This document shows, in pieces, positions 9,691 to 18,066 of a DNA stretch of 64,000 bases. A program made the position numbers and the translations under genes. How positions within the stretch are numbered: position 1 is the stretch's first letter; every line of letters begins with the position of its first letter. The notes under the pieces are model-generated. The model was not told the origin of the DNA. It made no database searches and worked only from the letters and a program-made list of their open reading frames with translations. Source of the DNA: a virus; IMG/VR virus record IMGVR_UViG_3300024302_000005, positions 1-64,000 of that record; one strand, 5' to 3'.

Positions 9691-10447
9691 CAGTAACATC
9701 CTTGTATGTAGTCTCAACAATATCCTCTGGCTGCTTAACAGCCATGATATCACTGTGAGCTACTTCCTTAGCACTGGTCTGCCCACCCATGATCATTTTC
9801 ATCTGCTGCTGTGCAAGACGCCTGGTGGTGTTCTTAAGGTCATCTACGATGTCATTGCTGTAGGTGATATCAATATCGATTTTGGCAGCCTCAGGAGCCT
9901 TGAGATTGGTAATAAGGCTCTCTGCGGCCTTCTGTCGCACTGTCTCTGATCTAGCTCCTCGCATGAGCTCTACCTGAACATTGATAGCTTCCTGAAATAT
10001 ACCAGCATTCAGGATATGTGTGGGGACCATGGTCTGTTCCATGATCTTGGTAATCAGAGCGTTCTTACCGTAGTTATCCGCAAAACTAGCAATTTGCGAA
10101 GAAGAGGCAGATTTATTAATTAGTGCCTGATATCGATCGGGGAATACCTTGCTGTAGGCTACAGAGGCCACATCCCCCATTAGACGATAGGAAACAAACT
10201 TGATGGCGTTGATGTAGGCAGCCAGGGAATACTTCCCTGTGGATAACACTGAGCTATACGAAAGCACGTTATCTCGGAATACCCGACGCATCTCTGAATC
10301 GGACTCGGAATTAATCATCTCCACCAGGTCATCAGTAATATATTTACGGAATCGCTTATCCGGAATAGCACCTGCTATCATATCCTTGGTAAGGTGATCT
10401 GTCGTCTCCAGGTCAGCCTCAGTATCTTTCAGATTAGCGAGCTGCAT
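9683..10447 (-). CDS. N4 gp69-like protein (putative terminase small subunit)
   Basis: FRDNVLSY, YINAIKFVSY, AYSKVFPDRY, SETVRQKAAESL; upstream of terminase. Confidence 0.8.
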   Translation of the reverse strand: MQLANLKDTEADLETTDHLTKDMIAGAIPDKRFRKYITDDLVEMINSESDSEMRRVFRDNVLSYSSVLSTGKYSLAAYINAIKFVSYRLMGDVASVAYSKVFPDRYQALINKSASSSQIASFADNYGKNALITKIMEQTMVPTHILNAGIFQEAINVQVELMRGARSETVRQKAAESLITNLKAPEAAKIDIDITYSNDIVDDLKNTTRRLAQQQMKMIMGGQTSAKEVAHSDIMAVKQPEDIVETTYKDVTDE

Positions 10448-10748
10448 TAATTAAATCCCATCTAGTAAGCAAAATATCCCGAGGGATACCCTCTGTCTGG
10501 CATTGGTGCGGCGATACCATCCAAATGGTATCCTTCAGGTAAGCTAGAACTAAAGCATCTACCAGCTCCTGCCAATACTTAGCCCACGTACGTGTATCCA
10601 TCTTCAGACCAACTGAACTAATAAAGTCTTCTTTGTCAATCATGTTCAGATCATCGGTGTGGAGGATTAGCGGTAGCACTAAGGCTGCCGCGGTAGAGGA
10701 TAGGTTATTACTATCCTCGAGCGTCGATGTGATTATCTTGTTCTTCAT
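10434..10748 (-). CDS. winged-helix protein, divergent RepL-like paralogue
   Basis: YWQELVDALVL...WMVSP mirrors the C-terminal motif of the upstream gene; ATGA overlap. Confidence 0.45.
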   Translation of the reverse strand: MKNKIITSTLEDSNNLSSTAAALVLPLILHTDDLNMIDKEDFISSVGLKMDTRTWAKYWQELVDALVLAYLKDTIWMVSPHQCQTEGIPRDILLTRWDLINAAR

Positions 10749-11083
10749 GCCCTGAGCCCTCGTGTGGTCTGGGTATCCCACATGTGCTTAACGATGTAAT
10801 ATTGCTTGTCATCACCGTTAAACATTACCTCGGGATTGATCATATATTCCCGCTTGGTAAATTTCCTGACAAAATCAAACTTCTTTAGGCCACGTATGCC
10901 AAGGTTAAAGTCCCGTATCGATATTCCTGATTGCTCTGCTATCTGTGCCGGCGTCCCGGTTACCATATTATATTTATTGATCCGGTACATCATTTTTAGC
11001 AGAACTAACATAGCGGATTTATCGGAGCAGGTCTGAGCTAAATACTTAGACGCCTGCGTCCCTAACTGAAATTTATTGAACAT
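10745..11083 (-). CDS. winged-helix DNA-binding protein, RepL-like
   Basis: HTH (TPAQIAEQSGISIRDFNLGIRGLKKFDFV) followed by YMINPEVMFNG. Confidence 0.65.
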   Translation of the reverse strand: MFNKFQLGTQASKYLAQTCSDKSAMLVLLKMMYRINKYNMVTGTPAQIAEQSGISIRDFNLGIRGLKKFDFVRKFTKREYMINPEVMFNGDDKQYYIVKHMWDTQTTRGLRA

Positions 11084-11130
11084 TGCATTATCCCCAACGC
11101 ATCGGGGAGGGTTGCCCCTCCCCGTTATTA

Positions 11131-11517
11131 TTATTCTTGCTCGAGTGCTGCTTCCATCTGTTCAATGGGAACCAGCTTGCGGCCGCCATCAACATCATCA
11201 ACAATACCGACACCAGGGACATAGGTCAGGGCTTCGGCAACCGAATAGGCATGCGGGCCATTACGTTGCTGCGTTGTAACCTGAACTACACAGCCATGGC
11301 CGGTAAACATAGCCTTGGTAGATTTCATCCAGCCTTCACGTTTACTGGATGCTTTGCACAACAGCTGGAACAAATCCCCATTACCAACCACATCGATATC
11401 TGGAACATTCTTCCGGGCCCCGGATACGTCGGAGTTATGCAGGGTCTTCTCCGTAGAGGTATCCGGATAAGGGTTAGATAGATCCATAGGTTCGCTTGAT
11501 GCACCTGCTAAGGCCAT
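11131..11517 (-). CDS. hypothetical phage protein
   Basis: 128-aa ORF with upstream AAGGA RBS. Confidence 0.7.
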   Translation of the reverse strand: MALAGASSEPMDLSNPYPDTSTEKTLHNSDVSGARKNVPDIDVVGNGDLFQLLCKASSKREGWMKSTKAMFTGHGCVVQVTTQQRNGPHAYSVAEALTYVPGVGIVDDVDGGRKLVPIEQMEAALEQE

Positions 11518-11532
11518 AGATATATTCCTTGA

Positions 11533-11667
11533 TTAGAGTGAAGTATTCCAATCACCCGAAACCATTATCCGGTCCATCACGATACGGTTCTTCACAGAAC
11601 GCATGCAATCGGTGCCCGAAACAAGCTGAGCCAGTTGAACTAACTTCAGTACGATGTAGGTACGCAT
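11533..11667 (-). CDS. small hypothetical protein (MRTYIVLKLV..., 44 aa), not in ORF track
   Basis: Strong AAGGAG RBS; first gene of the minus-strand block. Confidence 0.5.
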   Translation of the reverse strand: MRTYIVLKLVQLAQLVSGTDCMRSVKNRIVMDRIMVSGDWNTSL

Positions 11668-11699
11668 GGTAATTCTCCTTCTCTCATGGGATCAGGGTA

Positions 11700-12380
11700 A
11701 TAGGTATGCGCATATAAGCCTAAATCAATACAAATATCAACATTTAAATCGGTTTATTACTGTATACGACACTTAACGGCTGGTTTAATGTCGTATACGA
11801 CATTTAACTTTCTGTAACCCTTTGATAACACCCACTTTCTCAGCCCTAAGAATAAGAAGCGGAAAGACCTCCCTTCGTCGGTCTGTTCCTATAGGCTGCC
11901 GCCTCTGTATTTATATATTATATTTAATATATTCCGGGATATCCGTATTGCTTGGAACCCGCTTTCTTCGCTGCCTCTTGATCTACGCTCCCGCTGCGCT
12001 CCGCTCCGATCAATCGGGAGCTCGAAAGTCTTGGTTCCCGCAATACAGATATCCCTATTCCAGTAGCTCCAGCAAGAAGGCCGTCCCCACGACCATGATC
12101 CCCAACTTCGTAACAACTAACAATGTAAGCATATAAACTCCTACTTATTCCCCATGATAATTAATTATATAACATCTCTTAATTAATTTACCTAATTAGC
12201 TAAATAGGAAATTTCCTATTTATTCCAATAAGCTATTAAGCTTAATTATTTTTATTATTTTTATTTTTAATATTAGCCGACTTAAGCAATTTTTTATAAT
12301 TTAAGTCCGACTGCAGTACTAACTAGGCAGGCCAGCCTCACCGAAAATACCCCCGCCCCTATTTTGCCTTAACGTCCCTT
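11700..12380. other. non-coding strand-switch region, probable genome terminus / terminal repeat
   Basis: Divergent junction between gp69-side late genes and hairpin early promoters, as at N4 ends; very AT-rich at 12150-12310. Confidence 0.6.
11762..11808. repeat. 18-bp perfect palindrome overlapping a 16-bp direct repeat
   Basis: AATGTCGTATACGACATT at 11787-11804; GTATACGACAYTTAAC at 11762-11777 and 11793-11808. Confidence 0.8.
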
Positions 12381-12386
12381 TTACAC

Positions 12387-12406
12387 ACCTGCTATCGCAG
12401 GTCAGG
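12387..12406 (+). promoter_or_regulatory. virion-RNAP hairpin early promoter P1
   Basis: ACCTGC-TATC-GCAGGT-CAGG upstream of first early gene. Confidence 0.8.
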
Positions 12407-12438
12407 TAATTACCTTAACCTTTAACAGGAGAACTCCT

Positions 12439-12603
12439 ATGAAAACCATCAACATGATCGCAGACATGATCCAGAAAGCCATCAGCGTAGCCAACCGTGT
12501 CATCAACGGTTGCGACCATGGTGCAGCTATGTTCGAAGATGCCATGGACAACGCCAGGGCCACTCAGCTTGCTGAGATGACCAAAGCAGCAAAGTCTGCT
12601 TAA
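12439..12603 (+). CDS. first early gene, 54-aa helical protein (MKTINMIADMIQKA...), not in ORF track
   Basis: AGGAG RBS, lies between promoter P1 and a terminator. Confidence 0.75.
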   Translation: MKTINMIADMIQKAISVANRVINGCDHGAAMFEDAMDNARATQLAEMTKAAKSA

Positions 12604-12611
12604 GCTCTATT

Positions 12612-12644
12612 CCCAGGACCCTCAGGGGTTCTGGGTTTATCTTT
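12612..12644 (+). terminator. intrinsic terminator
   Basis: CCCAGGACCC-tcag-GGGTTCTGGG followed by T-rich tail. Confidence 0.7.
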
Positions 12645-12686
12645 ATACCTACACATACACACAAAGAGAGAGAGCCTCGAGAGGGA

Positions 12687-12706
12687 GCTTGCTATCGCAA
12701 GTAAGG
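12687..12706 (+). promoter_or_regulatory. virion-RNAP hairpin early promoter P2
   Basis: GCTTGC-TATC-GCAAGT-AAGG. Confidence 0.8.
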
Positions 12707-12756
12707 AATAAGGTTAATCCTTATTAACTTAATTAACCCTAATAGGAGGATCTACT

Positions 12757-12960
12757 ATGTCCCTTAAATCTGTAGCTATCTTAGCAATAACCCTGGCTTT
12801 CCTTATAAGCGCAATAATTAAGGCCACTGTAGATAATCTCTACATCTTACCTGATGCTTATATCCAAGGTTATATTGGCTTAGGCATCGATGTGCTTAGC
12901 CTCTTAATCCCTATAATAGGCACTGTCCTTATTACCTTGGAATACAAGGAAGGAGAATAA
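12757..12960 (+). CDS. early membrane protein
   Basis: Two hydrophobic helices; AGGAGG RBS. Confidence 0.7.
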   Translation: MSLKSVAILAITLAFLISAIIKATVDNLYILPDAYIQGYIGLGIDVLSLLIPIIGTVLITLEYKEGE

Positions 12961-12962
12961 CC

Positions 12963-13193
12963 ATGTCTGGTGTATCTAATGTTGGCGACGGAGCAATACC
13001 AACACCTTTGACAGGAGGTTACCACATCTACTGTCTTGAGGTGCGTAAGAAAGGACATCAGTTGATGTCCCGGACATTCTACAATAGCTACGACCTGGCC
13101 TTTACAGCGTACTGTAAGGCTAAGGACAATGGCTATAGCACCATCACAGACCTGTTGATTTACCCAGTCTGGGTGGTTGCAGGAGAAAGCTAA
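12963..13193 (+). CDS. early hypothetical protein
   Basis: AGGAG RBS, operonic. Confidence 0.65.
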   Translation: MSGVSNVGDGAIPTPLTGGYHIYCLEVRKKGHQLMSRTFYNSYDLAFTAYCKAKDNGYSTITDLLIYPVWVVAGES

Positions 13194-13196
13194 AGA

Positions 13197-13232
13197 TCAG
13201 AGGCCCTGTAATAAGGGTCTCTGGTTATTCCT
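13197..13232 (+). terminator. intrinsic terminator-like hairpin
   Basis: CAGAGGCCCT...AGGGTCTCTG, weak T tail. Confidence 0.6.
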
Positions 13233-13251
13233 TAATAGATAGACTGATAAA

Positions 13252-13271
13252 GCCCGCTATCGCGGGTTAGG
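13252..13271 (+). promoter_or_regulatory. virion-RNAP hairpin early promoter P3
   Basis: GCCCGC-TATC-GCGGGT-TAGG. Confidence 0.8.
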
Positions 13272-13376
13272 AGTTGTCTGACCTCGATGTCAGAGACCAA
13301 TGGGCAATTTTGCCCGAAGGGCTTCGGTGCGCAGCGCCGTTGTCCTTAATTCAAATCCCAACGATAGGAGAATATC

Positions 13377-13742
13377 ATGGGTATGCTTTCAAATAAGACC
13401 AAGACCACAGTCGGCGCAGACAAGACGCCACGGGATCGTTTCATCCTGGGTAACAGCGATTGTTACTTTGAGTCGGCGCAGTACTTGACAGGCCTTATGC
13501 CTCTCGAGAAGGTGAAGAAGCTCTTTGCCAATCCGGTTACTGAGCTCATGGGTACCAAGGGCAAGAGCCTGAAGGTCATGTTCACCACTCCGGACGGTGA
13601 GATCAAGTTCATGGGCTTCGTCACTGCTGGTGATGCAAGCCTTGAGCTGGATGTCGAGCACATTCCGGAGATCATGGAGCATGTGACTGCCGGGCCAATC
13701 CTGGTAGCCGTTAATCCAGTTGATCTGGTTGCGATGTTGTAG
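13377..13742 (+). CDS. early protein in its own transcription unit (positional candidate for an N4 gp1/gp2-type factor)
   Basis: AGGAG RBS; flanked by P3 and a terminator; function inferred from position only. Confidence 0.6.
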   Translation: MGMLSNKTKTTVGADKTPRDRFILGNSDCYFESAQYLTGLMPLEKVKKLFANPVTELMGTKGKSLKVMFTTPDGEIKFMGFVTAGDASLELDVEHIPEIMEHVTAGPILVAVNPVDLVAML

Positions 13743-13779
13743 ATCCCTGCCTGGCCTTAGGCTGGTTCGGATCGGAGCG

Positions 13780-13816
13780 CTGGAGGCCCTGTAGTGGGGT
13801 CTCCAGTCCCTTTTTA
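13780..13816 (+). terminator. intrinsic terminator
   Basis: CTGGAGGCCC...GGGTCTCCAG followed by a T run. Confidence 0.7.
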
Positions 13817-13840
13817 TAAGCTAATACGGGAGAGCATTCG

Positions 13841-14059
13841 ATGCGCCAACGTAAATCAAGTTATATCCCATTTGGGAACGGAGCTATCTTAGATCCTGAG
13901 TTCGAGGAGATACTTGAACGTATTCACTGGTCTGCAGGAGCTGAGCTATTAACCGATAAGAATGTCGAATCCGTTGAGCATAGAAGAGCTCGGAGGATCC
14001 GTGAGCGTTCTTATACAAGTACCTATTTAGACACCGAAGCGTATCTGGATAGGTCATGA
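13841..14059 (+). CDS. hypothetical protein
   Basis: GGAG RBS. Confidence 0.6.
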   Translation: MRQRKSSYIPFGNGAILDPEFEEILERIHWSAGAELLTDKNVESVEHRRARRIRERSYTSTYLDTEAYLDRS

Positions 14060-14071
14060 CAGGAGGATGTT

Positions 14072-14500
14072 ATGATCGATTCGTTCGATGAAGAATATGC
14101 GTTCCTTAGTAACTTTTACCCTTGTGAAGTTATGTGTACCGAAAGGATCATCTACCCGACTGTTGAGCATGCCTTTCAGGCTATGAAAACAGTTGATCTG
14201 GATGATCGTCGGATCATTGCAGAGTGCCCTACTCCAGGGAAATCCAAGAGGCTGGGCCGCAAGGTCCAGCTGAGGAATAACTGGAATGCTATACGTATTA
14301 ACGTCATGCATGACCTTCTGGTACAGAAGTTTAATCAAGAGCCCTTTAGCATTCAGCTTATGGAAACTAATGGCCATGAGCTGATTGAGGGCAATCACTG
14401 GAACGATACGTTCTGGGGAGTATGCCATGGCAAGGGTAGCAATACCCTTGGCAAACTCCTGATGGATATCAGAGAGAAGTTACTATCCGAAGGACCATAA
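14072..14500 (+). CDS. NADAR (YbiA-like) family hydrolase
   Basis: FLSNFYP, YPTVEHAFQAMK, KRLGR, QKF, LIEGN.W.DTFWG, G.NTLGKLLM.IRE. Confidence 0.92.
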   Translation: MIDSFDEEYAFLSNFYPCEVMCTERIIYPTVEHAFQAMKTVDLDDRRIIAECPTPGKSKRLGRKVQLRNNWNAIRINVMHDLLVQKFNQEPFSIQLMETNGHELIEGNHWNDTFWGVCHGKGSNTLGKLLMDIREKLLSEGP

Positions 14501-14532
14501 GGCCCACTAACCCTTAAATAGGAGGACATTCG

Positions 14533-14745
14533 ATGTCCAATTACAGTCAAGCTACTGAGTCACCCGAGTACGTTACAACGGGTAACAGCACTATCCACCC
14601 TACACCTGTATCCGATGAGGATGCAGTGAAGGTTGTTCCTAAATGGCAGTTCGACATGGGTATCCCATGGAAGGCCATGACTCCTCAGCAACAGCGTGGC
14701 CGGCGTAAAGAGATGCGTCGTAATTCGTTGAAATCCAATGGATAA
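14533..14745 (+). CDS. hypothetical protein
   Basis: AGGAGG RBS. Confidence 0.6.
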   Translation: MSNYSQATESPEYVTTGNSTIHPTPVSDEDAVKVVPKWQFDMGIPWKAMTPQQQRGRRKEMRRNSLKSNG

Positions 14746-14902
14746 GACCATGTTGATGCCACTGTTAGCGCTTATGTTTGCGCTTGCAGTGGTAGGCCTC
14801 TTTGTACTCCACAATGAGACAAAGAGAATAGGCTACAACAACGGATACGCAGCATGCGAATCCAATGAGCTAAGGCATATGCCTTTAACCCTTAAACCTT
14901 AA
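14738..14902 (+). CDS. small membrane protein (54 aa), not in ORF track
   Basis: Hydrophobic N-terminus, fills gap in operon. Confidence 0.45.
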   Translation: MDKTMLMPLLALMFALAVVGLFVLHNETKRIGYNNGYAACESNELRHMPLTLKP

Positions 14903-14917
14903 GAATGGAGTCATTCG

Positions 14918-15187
14918 ATGGCCGTTAATCCTGAAGACCATATCACTACCGATTGGGGTACTGATCTGGGAGTTAAGACGCTGGCATTGAGCGCAATCAA
15001 TGCATTAGAGGCTGCACTACCTGGAGAGCCATTCTCCAAGCAGTTCGGTTATGAGTTCAAGAAGTGGTGCACAGAACATAACGTGTTCTACTACTGCCGC
15101 TGCGGTGAAGACTTCAGCTGGATTCATGGGACTCATTTGGCCCGTGAAGCCAAGGCTGACTACGTACTCATGGAGAGTCTCTCATGA
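14918..15187 (+). CDS. hypothetical protein
   Basis: GGAG RBS. Confidence 0.65.
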   Translation: MAVNPEDHITTDWGTDLGVKTLALSAINALEAALPGEPFSKQFGYEFKKWCTEHNVFYYCRCGEDFSWIHGTHLAREAKADYVLMESLS

Positions 15188-15375
15188 GCTACGTGTTAGC
15201 TGGTTGGGTTAACAACCACATCGCGCTGCCAGAGCAACGGTTCTCTACGCCAGATGACGCTATGAGTGCGTTTGAGGCCGTTGTGGCAGCTCCTGTCACG
15301 CCTGTTGAGGTTACCCTGTGGGAGACACAGGGTAGGCAATACAAGCTAATCAAGGACTTCTATGATGTTCAATGA
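15184..15375 (+). CDS. hypothetical protein
   Basis: ATGA overlap with upstream gene. Confidence 0.6.
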   Translation: MSYVLAGWVNNHIALPEQRFSTPDDAMSAFEAVVAAPVTPVEVTLWETQGRQYKLIKDFYDVQ

Positions 15376-15501
15376 GAACTTCAAGATCCGTCACTTAATC
15401 ATCTATTCAATAGTCGGAGCAGCAGGGACCTATGGGTTCCTGGTGTTCGGGCTGTCGTTAGGTCAATTCCTCAAATAGCTAATACCGTTGGAATACCAAC
15501 A

Positions 15502-15540
15502 GAATAGAGGCCCTTAATTGGGTCTCTATTTCTTTTTTTA
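15502..15540 (+). terminator. intrinsic terminator
   Basis: AATAGAGGCCC...GGGTCTCTATT followed by a T run. Confidence 0.75.
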
Positions 15541-15560
15541 AGATGGTGTAGGAGAACACT

Positions 15561-15872
15561 ATGGGAAAGCGCATTAAAAGATCCGCAAAAAGTAAGATAT
15601 CCCAACAAAAAGCAGCTGCTCATCTGCTGCCTAAGCACGATCCAGGCTTATCATCTACTGACTGCCCTGCATGCCCTCAAAGCAAGGGTGGTATCGTTGG
15701 AATGCTAGGCAACACGGTACACTACCGCTGCAGAGATTGTGGAATCGGTTTCTTTCGTGAAATAGATTGTACCTCCTGCAAGCATAGCTCAGACAATAAT
15801 GGTAACTGCATGGGCTGTAATGAATGCGATGATGACTTTAGCAGCTGGGAGCTAGTCGATGTGTACACGTAA
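15561..15872 (+). CDS. Cys-rich (Zn-ribbon) protein
   Basis: CPAC, CRDC, CTSC, CMGCNEC pairs; AGGAG RBS. Confidence 0.65.
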   Translation: MGKRIKRSAKSKISQQKAAAHLLPKHDPGLSSTDCPACPQSKGGIVGMLGNTVHYRCRDCGIGFFREIDCTSCKHSSDNNGNCMGCNECDDDFSSWELVDVYT

Positions 15873-16425
15873 ATGCCAAACAGCTGGTTGCGTATTCGAA
15901 ACAACTGGGGCTGATAAGTGGATAGCTCACTCCAAAGAATGTGTGCAAATAGCCCTTAATCAGTGGAATACTGTCCTGCAGTACCACCAAATGCCCAGAC
16001 AGGTGCTACAACAGATGGGTAAGACACGCCCAACAGTGCTGGACACTATTCCGAAGGAAGTGGTGCTGAGAGGTCCTAAGCATGCTGTAGGGCCCTTCCA
16101 TACCGCCAGGATGTGGGAGTTCTATCAGTGGTACTGGACCGGGACGCAGGTAATTACCCAAGCGCCTACTGGCCAGTATGACCACTTCGGCAACACCACC
16201 CATGCTAAAAGGCATAGGGGAGTGTGGAAACGTAAGCAGATAGTCTGCCTGGAATACTGGGTAGACCAAGGGGATGATGGCCATACAGACTTCATTCACC
16301 GCGGTATGCTGCTCTGTACTCAAGGGCAGCTCAATGATGCACAGAATGATGGTGACACCTGGGGTTACCGTCCGATAGCTAATATCGACTGGTGTAAGCT
16401 GATCAAAGCGGAGAAATGGGGATAA
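15859..16425 (+). CDS. hypothetical protein
   Basis: 188-aa ORF overlapping upstream gene, GGGAG RBS. Confidence 0.6.
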   Translation: MCTRKCQTAGCVFETTGADKWIAHSKECVQIALNQWNTVLQYHQMPRQVLQQMGKTRPTVLDTIPKEVVLRGPKHAVGPFHTARMWEFYQWYWTGTQVITQAPTGQYDHFGNTTHAKRHRGVWKRKQIVCLEYWVDQGDDGHTDFIHRGMLLCTQGQLNDAQNDGDTWGYRPIANIDWCKLIKAEKWG

Positions 16426-16574
16426 CCGATGACACATAAAATCGAAGAGACTAAGAGACCATGGGGTGAGGAAATCACCCTTCGTCAATTTATTGATGAA
16501 ACCCTTAACAGGACAACTAAACGCTGGCTATTCAACGTATTCCTGTTCTTGGGTGTTATAGCTTTAATTAGCTA

Positions 16575-16778
16575 ATGGGTACCGGTAACCAACAAGATCA
16601 CTATTCCTATCTCGAGCGGCTTAAAAAGATAGGGAATGTACCAATGCACGGAGCAGGACCTTACCTGGGTCTACGCTTCCAAATGACTCTTCATGAGGCA
16701 CAGGTAGTGCTGCAGGGATGGTTCAGATCCAAGGAAATACGGGAGAAAACCGATGACTTCCAAAATAGTAATCTTTGA
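16575..16778 (+). CDS. hypothetical protein
   Basis: YLERL...GAGPYL...F pattern; operonic. Confidence 0.6.
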   Translation: MGTGNQQDHYSYLERLKKIGNVPMHGAGPYLGLRFQMTLHEAQVVLQGWFRSKEIREKTDDFQNSNL

Positions 16779-17367
16779 CATAGATGGTACGCTCGCTAAT
16801 CTAGAGCACCGTCTTCATTTTATCCGGCCGGAAGTAGGGAAAACATACCAAACCAAGAAATCTGACATTCCTTATGAAGTCACGGCAGTGGATTACAAAA
16901 CCAAAACAGTTTGGTTGCGGGGGTTACCGGAGAACCCTACCACTATTTTGCCTACTAACTGGAAAAATCTTAAATTCAAGCCAGATTGGGATGCTTTCCA
17001 CGGTAACGTGGATGGTGATGCTCCTATCCAGGAGATGTTAGATCTCTGCTGGATGTATCTCAAAATGCGTAGTAACTTTCATAATCACCCTGGTGTCATC
17101 TTCGTAACAGGGCGTATGCGCTCCTGTGAGCTCGCTACAAGGCTTTGGCTGGAAAAGCACCTCAAGTACTCCGCGGAGAGCTTTACGCTCCTCATGCGGC
17201 CAGATAGTGACTACAGGCCCGACTTTGAGATCAAGGAAAAGATCCTTCATGAACTAAAGGCTAAGGGCATTAATCCCATCCTGGCCTTTGACGATAGGCA
17301 AACGGTCGTAGACATGTGGAGACGTAACGGTGTCCGCTGCGCTCAAGTAGCCGAGGGAAATTTCTAG
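16753..17367 (+). CDS. HAD-family phosphatase (T4 PseT 3'-phosphatase-like)
   Basis: IFDIDGTLA, FVTGR, LLMRP..D.RPD..IK, FDDRQTVVDMWR. Confidence 0.88.
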   Translation: MTSKIVIFDIDGTLANLEHRLHFIRPEVGKTYQTKKSDIPYEVTAVDYKTKTVWLRGLPENPTTILPTNWKNLKFKPDWDAFHGNVDGDAPIQEMLDLCWMYLKMRSNFHNHPGVIFVTGRMRSCELATRLWLEKHLKYSAESFTLLMRPDSDYRPDFEIKEKILHELKAKGINPILAFDDRQTVVDMWRRNGVRCAQVAEGNF

Positions 17368-17570
17368 TGACTAAATACAAAATAGATCCAACGGTAGTTA
17401 GTGTAAACAGGGACGCCCTTAGGCAGGTGCTGATTGTTGCAATCATAGCCAGGGATACTGCTTTAGCAGAGTCCAATGACTACACCTTCCCTACTCATTA
17501 CCGAGAAGCTAAGGCTGAAGATTGGCGTGTTTTAATGGCTGCCATAGCAAAACTGGAAGATACGGTATGA
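17367..17570 (+). CDS. hypothetical protein
   Basis: Stop/start coupled to neighbours. Confidence 0.55.
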   Translation: MTKYKIDPTVVSVNRDALRQVLIVAIIARDTALAESNDYTFPTHYREAKAEDWRVLMAAIAKLEDTV

Positions 17571-17761
17571 ATAACCGCAGCCCAGTAATCAAGGTTAAGG
17601 CTGAGGATCAATGCATTGGGTGTGTATTTTACCACCCGGAATGCCTCGATCTTAAGAAGTTCCAACCTAATAACCGGAGATGGTGTGCTAACGGATCCTA
17701 TCATGCTCCTGCCATCTGTAAGGCCGAGGGTACGATATTTGTACCAAGGGTTAACCGATAA
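17567..17761 (+). CDS. small Cys-rich protein
   Basis: CIGCVF...C...C; ATGA overlap. Confidence 0.5.
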   Translation: MNNRSPVIKVKAEDQCIGCVFYHPECLDLKKFQPNNRRWCANGSYHAPAICKAEGTIFVPRVNR

Positions 17762-17802
17762 AGCCGGCTACCGCCGGTTGGGTATTCCAAAGGAGATCAA
17801 AA

Positions 17803-18066
17803 ATGCCCATTACAGTAGTTAACAAATATGCTTCGCTGTATGACGTTTACATCGGTAGAGGCACTAAATGGGGGAATCCATTTGTTATTGGCAAAGATGG
17901 TTCCCGTGAAGAAGTTATCCAAAAATTTGAAGAACATCTTCAAAATAGCCCGGAATTGCTCGCTGCATTGCCTGAGCTAAAGGACAAGACTTTAGGCTGC
18001 TTCTGCAAACCTAAAGCCTGCCATGGTGATATTCTTAAGGAATACGCGGAGGCAGGCCATGATTGA
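17803..18066 (+). CDS. DUF4326-family protein
   Basis: DVYIGRGTKWGNPF...LGCFCKPKACHGD. Confidence 0.88.
   Translation: MPITVVNKYASLYDVYIGRGTKWGNPFVIGKDGSREEVIQKFEEHLQNSPELLAALPELKDKTLGCFCKPKACHGDILKEYAEAGHD

Noticed and set aside
11822-12136. ORFs 11822..12136 (+) and 11889..12116 (-)
   Set aside because: No RBS, atypical composition, and they lie in the presumed terminal non-coding region
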